Positions 49,040 through 63,093 of a stretch of DNA of 64,000 bases are shown here, one piece after another (the first letter of the stretch is position 1; each line of letters begins with the position of its first letter). The position numbers and the translations under genes were made by a program. Below the pieces are notes generated by a model. The model saw only the letters and a program-made list of their open reading frames with translations. It was not told where the DNA came from and ran no database searches. Source of the stretch: Malacoraja senta (lineage: Eukaryota); assembly GCA_038087875.1 (NCBI GenBank), contig CM075977.1:37820001-37884000 (forward strand), in the 5' to 3' direction.

Positions 49040-49640
49040 CAATCATGTAGAAAGCTCATCGACTACTTCCTTAGACTATTGAGGAACTTTAGTATGTCAA
49101 TGAATACTCCGTTGAACTTCTGCAGGTGTATGGTAGAGAGCACATTGACTGGTTGCAGCATGGCTTGGTTCGGCAATTCAAATCAGGAAGAAAGGAGACT
49201 GCAGAGAATGGTAGATATTGCCTGGCCCATTACAGGTACTGACCTCCCCACTATTGAAGGGATCGATAGAAGACGGTGCCCCAAAATGTCAGCCAATATC
49301 ATCAAAGACCCACCCTGGTGATGCTCTCATTTGGCTATCATCATCAGGAAGAAGGTACAAGAGCTAGAAAACCGTGACCACTTGATTCAGGAACTGCTTC
49401 TTCCCAGCAACCAGCAGGTCCTTGGACACTACATAACACAAATTTCAGCAGCGATGATCATCTGTAGACTTTGGTTGCACGACGCACTTTGTTTTTTTGC
49501 ACTATTATGGTTACCACAATATTAATTTATTGTATTTTTGATTATTATATGTTTTTCTGTGTTATTGCATTTATGGGCCTATTAAGCTGCAGCAAGTAAG
49601 AATTTGTTGTTCCGTTGTCAGTACAAATGACAATTAAATA
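49040..49640 (+). mobile_element. Rex1/Babar-type LINE 3' fragment
   Basis: YFLRLLRNF..NFCRCMVESTLTGCSMAWFGN..RRLQRMV; tail ..ATGACAATTAAA. Confidence 0.8.
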
Positions 49641-50889
49641 CAGTCATTTGCTCAGAGTCATAGAGTCATAGAGTGATACTGTGTGTAAACAGGCCCTTTG
49701 GCCTAACTTGCTCACATCGGCTAACATGTCCCAGCTACACTAGTCCCATTTGCCCGCGTTTGGTCCTTATCCCTCCAAACCTGTCCTATCCATCCATCTT
49801 GAGTTGGCTTTCTTTACCATCCTATCCACTTGTGCTGTCACTTTCAGGGAGCTGTGAACTTTCAAATCGCATTTAAGGAATATTAGGACAGGTGTATTGA
49901 TAGGGAGGGATATGGGTCAATCTCAGGCAAATGAGACTAGCAGAGATGAGCATCTCATCAGCATGAAAGAGTTGGACTAAAGGGCCTGTTTCCAGGCTGC
50001 ATGACTATGATTCAATGACCTACTGAGCTCCTCCAGCAGATTGGTGTTGCATATGTAAAAGGCCTTTTCATGACTTCATGATGAGTGAAAGCACCTGATA
50101 GCCATTGAAAATTCTGTGAATTGCTGGCATGTTTTAATGTTAGAGTTGTGGGCAGCGAACGGTTGCATAGGTGAATCCCAGAAACAGCAGTGTGGTGAAG
50201 GTCATGCTAGATAACTTAGTGATGCTGATTGAAGTCCAAGTGATGTTTGGTACACCAAGGAATTTTCTTTTACAGACATATCCTGTACAAGTCAGGAAAG
50301 TTTAATACTAGTAAAGTCGACAGACAAGACACCCATTTGATAAATAGATCATCATTAATTAAGTGTCTCCCTGGGATTCCAATTAAGGTTTTATGCTTTT
50401 AGAAGATGTTTTTTTGTGATCCTTGCCTGCATTTCAGACGTTTCTAAGGTTTAATAGTACAACTACATTCTCCATATAAAGATCTAAAACATAGTGCATC
50501 AAAATAATTTGGCCAAACTGCTACGTGCAAGCTTAGCTGTGAGCATGAAACTTTGCATCTTTTTCTGTATTGTATTTCAAGATGTTCTTGTGTGGGAGAG
50601 ACATTCACAATTCCAGGGTGTTTCAAAGCTCTTCATGCCAAATTATGAGTCTTTAAAGAATTGTATAAAAATTGTCGTTGACAGCTTTGGCAATAGCACG
50701 CTCACACAACAGTAATATGGAGATTATAAATGGTAATAAAACCATTTGATCTAACTATCAAATGTATCATCCCCTGAGCCATTGTCTGAGTATCTTGATG
50801 AAGAATCAGGATTCTTTTGCTGGCTGAAACCATTTCTAAAAAAATTCTGACCATGACTGCTGAATGAACGAACCTCCCAATATTACAAC

Positions 50890-51425
50890 ATCACAAGTTC
50901 ACAAGTTATAGGAGTAGAATTAGACCATTCGGCCCATCGAGTCTACTCCGCCATTCGATCATGGATGATCTATGCTTCCTAATCCCTTTTTCCTGCCTTC
51001 TCTCTATAACCCTTGCCACCTATTCTAATCAAGAATTTGTCTATCTCTGCCTTAAAAATATCCACTGACTTGGCCTCCACTGCCCTCTGTGGCAATGAGT
51101 TCCACAGATTAACTACCCTCTGACTAAAGAAGTTCCTCCTCACTTCCTTTCAAAAAGAGCGCCCTTTAATTCTGAGCCTATGACCTCTGGTCCTAGACTT
51201 TCTCACCAGTGAAACATTCTTTCCACATCCACTCTATGCCCTTCATTATTCTGTAAGTTTCAATGAGGTCCCTCCTCAACCTTCTAAACTCCAGCAAGTA
51301 GAGGCCCAGTGCTGTCAAATGCTCATCATATGCTAACCCACTCATTCCTGGAATCATTCTTTTTAAACCTCCACTGGATGCTCTCCAGAGTCAGCACATC
51401 CTTCCTTGTATATGGGGCCCAAACT
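50890..51425 (-). mobile_element. CR1 3' fragment
   Basis: (TCACAAG)n tail, GGCCCATCGAGTCTACTCCGCC, CATATGCTAACCC. Confidence 0.8.
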
Positions 51426-54400
51426 TAACATTGTTCTGAGCTGTCAGCTTCATGCTTAGGAATGATTAAAGGGCCATGTAGGGACATTATATTAGACTGT
51501 ATTTTACAACACGTTTCAAAATTTAACATTCCCAACTCTGAGGTAGTGACTTATGTTTGACAACAAAAATGCCCCAAATTGGTCCAATTTTCAGAGGATA
51601 AATCAAAAATCTTCAACATTCCTATACCTGAGCTTATTGTCTGATGAGACAATTGTATCTCTCACAAATAAAATCTGAAGAACATGCTGAGGAATTGTGC
51701 CTGCTGTTTATTTTCCTAACTGTTCTGAAATTACAGATTTTTTGAGTTACATATAGGTGTCCTTTTATTTTGCAATCAAAATTAAGGGGTTGGATCAAAC
51801 AGGTAGAGAGAATAACAAATTGCAATGACATAAGAACTGAAACTCAGAAGAGATATATTTAGGGCAATTAAATATCAATCAATGAACCAGAGGTGAAATG
51901 CATGAAACTTAACAAGTCATTGTGATCTGGAATATGCTGTGAAAACAGATTCATTGGCAATTTTCAATAAGGGATGGATAAATATTTGAAAAGGAAAAGA
52001 ATTACAACATTACAAGGATGTAATTCAAATTGGATGACTCCAATTAGCTAGCACAGGGACTTCGGGCGAAATATCTTTCTCCTCTGAGATAACACATTGC
52101 AACTTTTAATGTGTTGGAGTACAAATTCTACTTGGAAAGTGTGAATTTTGTTTATTAATCCATCTGGACTATGGCGGTGCAGTAGTTGGACTAGCAATCA
52201 TTGGGTTCAATTTTGATTAATTGAAAAAAAATTGGAATTAAGTAGTGAGTATCATTAGTGGTGACCACAAATGATCAGATTGTTACCAAACTCCAATGGA
52301 TTCACTGATAATCTTTCAGGAAGGAACTCGGTTTCCTTAATCCAATCCAGACTGCATGTGACTCAAGACCAGGAGTATTATGATGGCAAAAAAATGTTGC
52401 CTGATATTAGTTCACGGACAATTGGGGTGGGCATCAATACCTTGTCTTACTAGCAATGTCCACAATCTGTGAGCTGTCTACATGTCCCTATTATCATCAA
52501 TGCCTGGCCTCTCTCAATAACTAATCTTGTAACATTTAAACACAAATAATCATTCACAAATGTCTTTGGAAATTCCACTCTAGTCTCTTCTGTTGGTTGC
52601 TGCCCATGTGTCAGCTTCTGAGGTAGACAGTAAATTCACTTCAATTTTGTTGTAAAAAATTATCACAAAGCATGCATCAATGTATAGGACTGTGTTAAAG
52701 TCAATCCTTACTCGCACATTAGAAAAAGTCCCTTCAAGTAGTAAGTATATTTTAATGGCAATTCATAGTAAACTTTCTATTTTATGTGCCCTATAAAATA
52801 TTGCGTACGCTGTCTAGATTTACCTCATCACCAAATACAAAATGAAATAACATTTCAAAGAGTTTCTATTGGCTGTGGGAGAATTTGGGGGCTGGGGAGC
52901 TAATAAAGTAAAACAGTCTTTTCTTGTTTTCCTCAGAACCACCTCTCTCCCTCTCTCACCACTGCAGTGCATTTTAAATTCATAAAACCAAGATACCCAC
53001 TGAGTTATTCAGCTGGGAGGAATTCCATTATTAAGCAGCTAAATGGCTTTGATATAAGTGCTGCCTTTGTTCCGAGCACTACTGACTTGAACAATTTTTG
53101 TTTTCGGGGGAGTAGGTGGGAAGCCTGTAGCTCTGTGGAATTATTCCAAGTAGTCTCGGATCTAACTTGTAGCTGTAACTGGTTGGCGCTAAGATGTAAA
53201 ACAAATGTCCTCTATTTACTTTCATTTCTATAAAATATCAGTTACACCTTCTCACCCAAAGTCGTGACAGACCCTACAGAGATCTGCATAGATGAAGCTT
53301 AATTTGTCTGATGCGTAGGATTTGTGTTGCAAAGTGGTAGTCAAAAGTAGATTGACCAGGCAATAGACAAATAGGTGACTGCACTTCAATGTCAATATAA
53401 TACCAGCCTGTGCTGAATTTAATGTGATTCAAAGCATATGTTAAAGTGATTTAACTTACAACATTTGAATTGTTTGCAAGAAAACAGATTACAAGATAAC
53501 CATCTGCTAACATGATTGTTTATCTCAGAATGAAAATAGGTCACTACTTAGGAAAGGCAGTAGGAACGAATAGTACTGTATTAACTAATAGGTTTAAATA
53601 TTAATGAGCTTCAGGTCTTCCTGGATACACTCAAAACATCTGATTTTGAGGTACTCCTTGTTTTTGTAATCCACCTGTGTATTTAAACAAATCTTCGTGG
53701 AGATTTATTAAATGTCAAGTAGTTTTCCTGATAATGAGTCACTCAAGCATTGATATTCTCGTTCTAAGCAGCAGTATTGAAAATAGGTGGTTTTGTTTTG
53801 TTGTTTTTAATTAGCAAACCATTTTGGGAGATTGGATTAGTGCGCAGCAGGGCACTGAAGTATTCTGGTAATGCATTTTTTAATTTCAGTTTTGCTGAGC
53901 TTGCAAGTTGATGGGGCTGCCGACAATCTTAAATCCTGTCACAAAGGGATTACACATGCAACTGCACGTATCACCATTTAGTACTGAAAGAGGCCACAGT
54001 CTTTGCAAGGGCAGAGATAGCTAACAAATTCTTGAATATAGATAATCTAAGCCCACATTGTTTCAGGATTGCTGCATGCCCCATTTTAGGAGAATGCACT
54101 CCCCATCTCTGAATATTTTACCATTGTCCATAAAAAAAACTCAACATCTTTTAAAATTGCAATTGTAATAAAATTGTCTGATAATAACATTGCCTGGCTG
54201 AAACTTATCTTCCTGATGTGCCTTACAGTTCAATGACAACATCTTTCTTCTAACAGTTTATATATTAACTCAACCCAGGAGAGTCAGGGCAGATACTGTA
54301 CATCAGTTTTGAAAAAGTCATGGATTTATATTTAGGAGTGTGCCTCTCGCTAACTGTACATATTTAGCCACCCAAGAATAAAACTAGTGAGTAATCCCTT

Positions 54401-55919
54401 CGAATATAACTCTTCAAAAATATGCATGACCTAAAATTATTTTGTAACTTTAGCAAAACCCTTTAAGTACATGTGCAGCAGATTAAATTGTAGCCATAAA
54501 AAAAGATACTGGGCATAAAGCAACAAAGTAGATATAAAATGTTGAATTTATAGCATTGTTACACTGCAATTGCTAAAATTCATGGCCAGAATAGAGAGAA
54601 CTTGAGCTTTTACTCCCTTGCAATAGCTGCACCTTAATAATTCTTGCTTTTTTGACAGATTTACTTCAGACTGAATGTGTTTTTAAGAAGGTGCTTTGCA
54701 AAAGGTTTGAGCTTGATATTTACCACTTTCCTTACTGGCCCTGTCAGTGTTCATTTCATTACTCGTCAAAGTTTTTGAAATCTAAAGAATGAGTCATACT
54801 TGCATTGATGTCCTTAAATTGTTAAATGATTCATAGCTGAGTTCACTTCATGTTTTTTTTTAAGTATGACGGCAAAATATGCAAAGGCAAACTTAACAAG
54901 TCATTGTGATCTGGAATACGTTCGAGTTGAATGACAGATCAGTCATGATCTAATTTTATCACGATTCATGCTCAAGATTCAAATGGACTTCTTCTACTCC
55001 AATGTTCTTGACCAATGTGACTTGAGACAGAGATTTAAGTGCAAAGTTCTAAGGTAACAATCCAGTGAGGTAATGAGGGAGTGCTGGACTATGGGAACTG
55101 AGTAGATATTATGATAAGGCCTGGTATGTTTTTGCAACAGGCCATAAGCAATCTTTTTCATAATGTCCCGAAAATGCTGTACAGTGTGCAATGCACTTTA
55201 TTAGGAGTGGTCACTGATGCATTAGGCTGATACAAAACACAACAATCAGAGGGAACCACGGCAAACTCCCACATAAGTCAATGGAGATGCAAGAGACTGT
55301 AGAAACATTGTCCTTTCCCCTCCACAGATGCTGCCTGGGCTGCTAAGATTCTCCAGCATTTTGTTTTTCTTTGCTCCCGTGTCGGGCAATATGATGTTGG
55401 CTGGTCAGGCAGTATCTGTAGAAATCTGCAGAAAGAGAATCAGTTAATATCTCAGGTCAAGAATCCTTTAGCTCATACACTTTTCATCAGAACTTGCCTC
55501 TTCAAGTCTGCAACCTGAAACAATTGCTCTGTTTCTCTCTGCACAGATGCTGCAATGACCTTCTGAGTATCTCCAGCACTTTCTGTTTAATACTGATCTC
55601 CTGCATCTGCATCTATTTTACTGTTCAACTATATTAATGGAAGTCTCTATTCTGGAATCTCCTATCAATAATTCTCCTGTTAAAAATATCATCCTGCTGC
55701 AGATAAAAAGTCCTAATCTAACGGAAGCCTATTTTCTTTTAATGATTCAGTTCTCTATCGTTAAAAATAATTTTTCTCAGAATCTTCACCTGTTCTCTGG
55801 TTTCCAGATGGAGTTACAGCGGGAAGACTACAGCACAGAACTGTCTGATCCCCAACAGGCTAACACATACATTTTACTATTCAATTCAGAGAGCTGAGGA
55901 TTTGGTTATCAGAATGTCA

Positions 55920-56400
55920 TTGAGTCATAAAGCATGGAAATATCAGCCCATCAAGTTCATGCCTACCTTTTTGCCCATCTTTGTTAATCCCCATATGCCT
56001 GCATTAAGATCTCATCCTTCCATGTATTGCCTATGTAAATGGCTGCTGCACTATCTCTTAAAAGTACTGATTGTATCTGATTCCATCACCTCCTCTGGTA
56101 GCAAGTTCCAGATATCAACCACTCTGTGTAAAAAAAACATTTTCCCTCAGCTCCCCTTTAAATCAGTTTCCTCTCGCTTTGAACCAACGCTTTCTTGCTT
56201 TTGATATCCTCTGCCATGAGAAAAAGATTTTCACCGTCTGCCCAATGTTTGCTTCTTATAATTTTACATATCTCAAACAGCACCCCTCAGCTTCCTTCAC
56301 ACCAGGTAGAACCAGCCTAGCCTATCTAATCTCTCCCCATAACTAAAGTCCTCCAATCCATGTAATATTTTGGTGAATCTCCACTGCACTCTCTCCAATA
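55920..56400 (-). mobile_element. Old CR1 3' fragment
   Basis: GCATGGAAA..GCCCATCAAGTTCATGCC; TTCCAGATATCAACCACTCTGTGTAAAAA; TGGTGAATCTCCACTGCAC. Confidence 0.65.
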
Positions 56401-57864
56401 CAATCACTCTTGAATATGTTAGGACAAGTTTGGGGAAAACGTGGACATTTGTCACTCGCTCAGAATACGTATGTAATCATTGACTACTGGTTGTGTACCG
56501 TCCAGACCATTTAGTTGAAGTCAACAGAATGAATGCATTGCCATAGAAACCTTGGCAGCCAAGCCTCATTCAGACTCAGACTCACTCCAGAGTGCAGTCT
56601 TGTCTATGTAAGTGGCTGTCTTATTGGCTCTTAAAATCACTGATTGTATCTGATTTTGGTGAATCAGTGCTTTTAAGAGAGTAAGATAGCCACACATATA
56701 GACAACACATGGCAGGATGAGATCCTAATGCAGGCATATGGGGATTAATGAAGATGGGGAAAAAGGTGGGCATGAATGCTGGCCACCAAACTCTCTTTCT
56801 TTTGACACCTACACCACATTTATTTCATTCATTAAGTTGACCACATCTCTTTCCCTTCATGCAGAATTTTACATGGCTTCATATTAAACTTCACGTGTGA
56901 GTGTTCTGCCCAGATTCACAATATATGTGCTAAAGCTACCTGCCTCTGTGATTTAAGTGTCCTTTTGAACTGGCATGGTTTGTGAATTTGATTGGTGGTA
57001 TTTTAAACTGGAACTATTGTGACCGTCAAATCGAAGCAAGTTGACTATACTTTCTGGTGATTAAGACTCTGTCACAGATTGGATGGCAGAAGATTGATGA
57101 GGCAGGCAGGTGGGATTTTTTAGAAAATTTGGCACTCCTTTCCTAATTTCCCCTTGGCCTCCTTTTGCATGTAGGCAATAATTACTTTGAGCTACTCTTC
57201 CTCCTCAGAATTCACAATCTTAACACTAGAGTTGGCCATTCAGCCCAACTAATATTTCTAGTATTTATGCTCCATATCTGCAGCCTCCCACACTGCTTCA
57301 CCTCATTCCATCAACATCTCCTTCTATTTCTTTACCCCTCATTTATGGTCTGTTTTCCCCTTGAAAATATTAGTGTGGTTTGACAAAACCATTCTTGGTA
57401 GGAACAATTTCTTCATTCTCCTCACTCTTTAGTCAAATAGGTTTTTCTCAAATTCCTCATTGAACGTATTATAGAATTGACTATAATCCTCATACCTCAA
57501 TTTAGGACCGGCTTCATGGGAAATCTTCTCTATGACTTTCCTATTCACCCTCTTCATACTATCACAGATCCCGTTTAGCTCAAACCTCAGCTTTCTCTTT
57601 TCTAGAAACAAAATGCTCCAATTTAGTCTTTGACCTCAGAGTGCTGATACTATTCTCCTGCTTTTCATTTAACACCTTATTTGGACCAAGATTCACGTTA
57701 GTTTCACAAGAAAAGTTCCTGATCAACCAGTGGTAGAACAGATCAAAAAGGCAGATACTTGCAAATAATTCCAGCATCCAAGAGCTATGGCTGTATATCT
57801 CACGAACAGTGTCAGAGAGGTTGGAAATAAGATACCCAACTGTATAATGGTGCATGATAGTGAT

Positions 57865-58190
57865 TGCAGAGTGGTACAGCTAGTAGATCCCCTGCCTCAC
57901 CAAGCCAGAGATGGGACTTCAATGCTGACCTTGGGTGCTATCTATATGGAGTTTTTATGATCGCCCTTTGACTGCCTGGGTTTCTTCTGGGTGCTCCAGC
58001 TTTTGCCAATATCCCAAAGATTTACAGGTTGATAATTAGCTACTGTAAATTGCCTCGAGTTTCTAGGATAACAATTGTTTCTGGGGCAGCTGATGGGCAA
58101 GTGGAGAGAATTTTTAAAATGGGACAAATAAACGATTAGTGCAAATGGGTAGTTGATGGTCAGCATGGACCTACTAGGCTGAAGGGATCT
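57865..58190 (+). mobile_element. tRNA-derived SINE (HE1-like), old
   Basis: GTGGTACAGCTAGTAGA..GCCTCAC head; GGGTGCTCCAG core. Confidence 0.7.
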
Positions 58191-58429
58191 ATCATTCTAA
58201 AAGTGAAGAAAGGTTAATAAAGTAGGGAGGGTCCCAGGCGATGGTGGAATGAAGCCACTGCATTCAGGTTTGGGAGGTATGATGTTTAATATGTTATCAG
58301 ATACAATAATAAAGAGGGAGAATGGACTAGTGTTAGTGATTAGAATCAAAGCAAAAGTATCAGTATTTGTGGTCAATTTTGGATTTAACAAATTCAAAAC
58401 TTGCAATCCTACAATGCCTATCGTGAGCT

Positions 58430-58770
58430 TTTAAGGTTGTTATAAGCACTGCATAACCAGTGAAGCATATTTGTAGTGTGGTTGCTGCTATAATGTAGAA
58501 AATGTGACAGACAATTTGTGCACAGCAAGCTCCCAGAAGCAGCATAGTGATGATAACCAGAAAATCTTGGTAAGTTTGAGTGAAGAGGCATTTTGTCCAT
58601 CACACACAGAATGTCCCTTCTGTCCTTTGCCAAAGCAGTGCTGTGGGATCTTTTATGCCCAACAACGAGAACAGATGGAGTATCGAGTCCATAATGCAAC
58701 TCCTCCAGTGAATCCTCATTCATACTGCACAGGAAATTTCCACTTAAGCCACTGACGTACCATTTAAAAC
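58430..58770 (-). mobile_element. Deu-domain SINE (SacSINE1/AmnSINE1-like) remnant
   Basis: CAATTTGTGCACAGCAAGCTCCCA and GTGCTGTGGGATCTTTTA motifs. Confidence 0.55.
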
Positions 58771-59009
58771 CACAAGCTTCTACTTCAGAAGCACAAGCAT
58801 TACACGTCCTTGTTTGATGTGGAAATCATAAAGTTAATGCTGTCCACTTAGAACTTCTCACAGCCTGCAGATAACAAGAGAATCTTGAACAAAAACAAAC
58901 TGCTGGAGGAACTCAGTGGGACAATCAGCATCTGTGAAGGGAAATGTAGAAGGATTTTGAACAACGGTCCTGACCCAAAATGTTGTCTGTCCATTTCCCT
59001 CCACAACTG

Positions 59010-59334
59010 GTTACCCTTTCTGGTAACAACTTCTCTTTTGAGAAGCAAGGAGAGGGAAGAATTACATTCACTACTTACAATGCTATATATGACAGTGATC
59101 GCAACTTTTACTGAAGTGTGGATGACCGTTGGCTCGCTAGAATCTCAGCCGCCCTTTGACAGGTCTTGTATTTGGTCCTGCTGGGGGTCCACAGCCCCCT
59201 CCTCACCTGGCAAACCAGGATGGGGAGACGGTTTCATCGCCGACTATCCAACCATGGAGCAGGTAACATGGGATTACATGGTACCTGTGGCGGGGGGAAC
59301 TCCCCCCAACCTGACCTGTACAGATCGGGAGGAG
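59010..59334. mobile_element. Unclassified 325-bp insertion within a Penelope-type short repeat
   Basis: 15-bp TSD TTCCCTCCACA(A/G)CTG at 58995-59009 and 59335-59349. Confidence 0.8.
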
Positions 59335-59825
59335 TTCCCTCCACAGCTGCCAAGTATCCACTGACTTCCTCCAGCACCTTTTCCCTCACAGACTGCATTG
59401 TTTTGCAGAAGTCTCCACTCTAAACAAGGGAAATCACCTGAATTGCCACTATGATTTTAACAAACCAGTGGATTGTAAAATGGTCTGCAAATGTTCTGCT
59501 TTGTTCCATGATATCTAAGTTTTATGTTGGAGCAAAAATCAATCTGTGGGAGGAATTCACCAGGTCAGGAAGCACCTGTGGAGGGAAAGGGACTAACAAC
59601 ATTTCAGATCTGTCTGAAGAAGGTGCCCGGACACAAAAAGTCAGCTGTCATTATCTCCAAGATGCTGCCTGACCCGCTCGGTTCCACCTACAGTTTGCTT
59701 TTCGTTTAAGATTCCAGCATCTGCAGTCTCTTGTGTCACAACATTTTATGCTGACATTTGTTAACTATTTAGGAAATGTGCCAATTCAATGCATGAGCTT
59801 TGTGATGTCCACACATTGCATGATA

Positions 59826-60178
59826 TAGATAGTGCTGCTGCCTCACAGCTCCACTGACTCTGGTTTGATTCTGATCTCAGGTATTGCTTCTTCCCTACAG
59901 CCATCAGGCTATTAAACACGACGACAAATAAACTCTGAACTACAACAGACTATTATTATTATTATTATTATTATTGCACTATATTTGTTTGTTTATTGAG
60001 TATGTGTGCATGTGTAGATATACACACTGAACTTTTTTTCTCCTGTTATGTAGTATGTTTACATATTCTGTTGTGCTGCAGCAAGTAAGAAATTCATTGT
60101 CCTATCTGGGACATATGACAATAAAACACTCTTGACTCTTGCTTGTGTGGAGTTTGAACATATTCTCTGTGACTGTCT
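59826..60178 (+). mobile_element. tRNA-SINE interrupted by a Rex1/Babar 3' tail fragment (~59890-60138)
   Basis: SINE head GCTGCCTCACAGCTCCA resumes as GTGTGGAGTTTG after CAATAAAACACTCTTGACTCTTG; TTGCTT on both sides. Confidence 0.75.
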
Positions 60179-60644
60179 TGAAAAAAACAGATCACAGATG
60201 TTGATCTACCGTCAACCTTCAGAATTAAAGCCTATTTTGCTTTAGAGAATACATTCATGGGTTTAGCAAATAGATAATAAGTTAGATGTCAACCAAAATG
60301 CTACAATGTTGTAACTTTTAAGTTGATGCCAGTTTTTGCACTCGACAGATCTTCCATTGTTCAGGAAGCTAATGAAACACCTTGTCGGCACATTCAAATC
60401 ACAAAAAAGTTTAATATGAATGTTATGATAAAAAAGTAATCTAAATTACACACAGCTGGCTATGGCAGTACTGTTGCTAACCTCATGGAGTGATGCACAA
60501 AGTGGTCAATAGCGAGTAGGAAATTAACAATCACCGTCAATGGGTGGTTCAATTAAGGCCCCATTCTTAAGTTGACCAGAATCCTATAGCTGAAAAGGAG
60601 GTTGTTTAAACCTTTGTACCTGACACAGTGCCCCACTTAGGAAA

Positions 60645-60930
60645 GCAGCTGTCTCACCACTCCAGTGCTCCATGTTCAATCCTGACCTCTACCTCTCTAA
60701 GTGTGGAGTTTGCATGATCTCCCTGGGTGGGCTTCTTTCAAGTGCTCCAGTTTCCTCCCACATCACAAAAATGTGAAGGTCATTAGGTTAATTGGCCACT
60801 GTGAATTGTTTAGCGTAGGTAAATTAATTGATTGGAAATATAGAGAATAAAATAGGGTTAGTGCAAATGGATGCTTTGCAGTTAGCGTGCAATTGGGGGC
60901 TGAAGAGCCTGTTTCCATGTTGTGTAACTG
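60645..60930 (+). mobile_element. tRNA-derived SINE (HE1-like), old
   Basis: GTTCAATCCTGACCTC, GTGGAGTTTGCATG, GTGCTCCAGTTTCCTCCCACA. Confidence 0.75.
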
Positions 60931-62134
60931 TGGAAGAAAAATTAATATCCTTCTTCATTTAATTGGAATTGAACAAGGTAACGGAAGGGTGTTTTGGATG
61001 TGACAATTGGCAGCTCTCGATTGACCAGGTGAAGAAGAAGTTTGTGAGAAATGACAAAGTAAGATTAGACGTATTACCTCCAGTCTGGGAATGTGTGGAT
61101 GGTAAATGTAAACATGAAATGGGAGAAGATAACGAAGTTTGTTTACATTTCTGAGAAGTTACAGTGGATCACCCGCGCCCCCTACCGCTAGCAGTGTAGA
61201 TACGTTGCAGTAAATGGGAGGCTTATAATCGGCTCGGAATGGGGATGGTGAGGTGGGCCGTTTGAAAGATGAGATAGAATAATGTCAATATTCCCTTGTT
61301 TTGTGTTTGATTTGTATTGACCATCTATTGTTGAATAAGATTAACATAAGATTAACATAAGCGAACAGTCTTTTATGACTAATTAAATAATTGGAACCCA
61401 TGTGGTGATAGAATGTTTTTGTAGAATAGTTATTTACTTCATAGTATAACTGTTGGCTAATTCTGGTTGGAAGGCAGAGAACTGGTGAGCAGTTTACTGC
61501 AGCCATCTCTCCATGATATCATGCAATAAAGTATCTTGAAGCAAACCTGCGAAGTCTGTAACTTTTCGTTTTTCCTTTTATTTCCCTCTAAATTGATTTC
61601 TTCCACAGTAACTGTGACTCTTGGAAACACCTGTCCATGATCCTGTGGAATTTTTAAAAGCACTCTTCGTTAATTTTCATGTATCAGCTTCTGCTACCCT
61701 TTCCTGAATGCCTATGTTCACATTTACAACGCTATGTAAACTTGTCACATTGCAATTATGCTCAACTGCCAGTGGGGGAATGTGAGCATGGGTTTAAGTT
61801 CAATGATAAAATGCTGGAAAGACTCAATAGGTCATGCCGCATCAGTGGAAGGAAAATCAGAGTTAACACTCCAGGGACCATTCATTAAAACTGACTCCGT
61901 TTTTTAAAATTTATTTCCAGCATTTTCTATTCTTATTTCAGATTTCCAACATCTGCAGATTTTAAAATATATCTTAATTTTAATCATATTTGGAATGTGG
62001 GTAGAGTTACAATGAATTCCAGCATTTATTGGTCGGAGTTATTTACTCTGTAAAACATTCACACTCAGTGATATTTAAAGGATCTGGAGGCAATTACATT
62101 TCACTGTTGCAATAAACTCCAAGGAAAGCATTCT

Positions 62135-62205
62135 AATATATATATATATATATATTTAATATTTTAACCTACTACACATATATATATATATATATTTATA
62201 TATAT
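62135..62205. repeat. (TA)n microsatellites
   Basis: Two TA runs. Confidence 0.9.
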
Positions 62206-62849
62206 TACGATCTACTAGCTACTCGTTTTTACAGAAATAAGCGATTGTTATCAAATCAAAAGATTCATATTTAGAGGGATTCGTGAATTGGCCTGGAGGT
62301 TTTGGTTACGTTGGATTAACTCCAACAGACTAGTTTCAGAGAAGAGTTAAGAAAATGCAGTCTCATTTATGGGTGTGCAGAGTTTTCCCTCAATGTATGG
62401 TGATAGTCGGCGATCAGTGTGGCAGGGGGAGGGACTTTACAGAATAAGTTAAGTTTGCTTGATATCTCCCCCAAGCACCCACCCACATTCTGGTTAGTCC
62501 ATTAATCTTTTTTTTCCCGGTTGCCTCGTCTTTCATGCGATCCAATACATTAAACTATAGGAGACATGTTATTCAACAGTCGCTAACTCGTAACAGACTG
62601 ATAGCAACGAACACAATCTACAAAGTTGATTCAAGTCAGCAGGATCCAAGACCTGGTTATTTTTCGACATAATTGTTCCAAATACAGCATAGTTCGGTAA
62701 GTTGGAGGTGTGTGTGTGGGGTGTATTTATTTTAAATTTGCGAGATGGCATTGTAGATAAAACTGTAAATTAAAATGTCACACACACGCACAAAACACAA
62801 AAGCACAGCCAGAATAATACGCATAAGTTGCATTTTTATTTCAGACTTG

Positions 62850-63055
62850 GAGCTGGCTGATTGGTTGGCGAGGTCTATATGTATTTTTTGTCATAAAGAG
62901 GTTTAGCTTCTCTCCAGAGACGCCTGCATATTTAGTGGAGTGGATTATTCTTTTGGTTGCAAAGGCAGTGATTTGCTGGAGGCGGGAGGAAATTCATGGA
63001 AGAGGCGCACAGTGAGTATAGCGGGGCAGATGTGAAGATAAAATGAATTGACAGA

Positions 63056-63093
<38 letters not shown>

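Noticed and set aside
58885-59423. 159-aa ORF
   Set aside because: Chance read-through of a short repeat and its nested insertion
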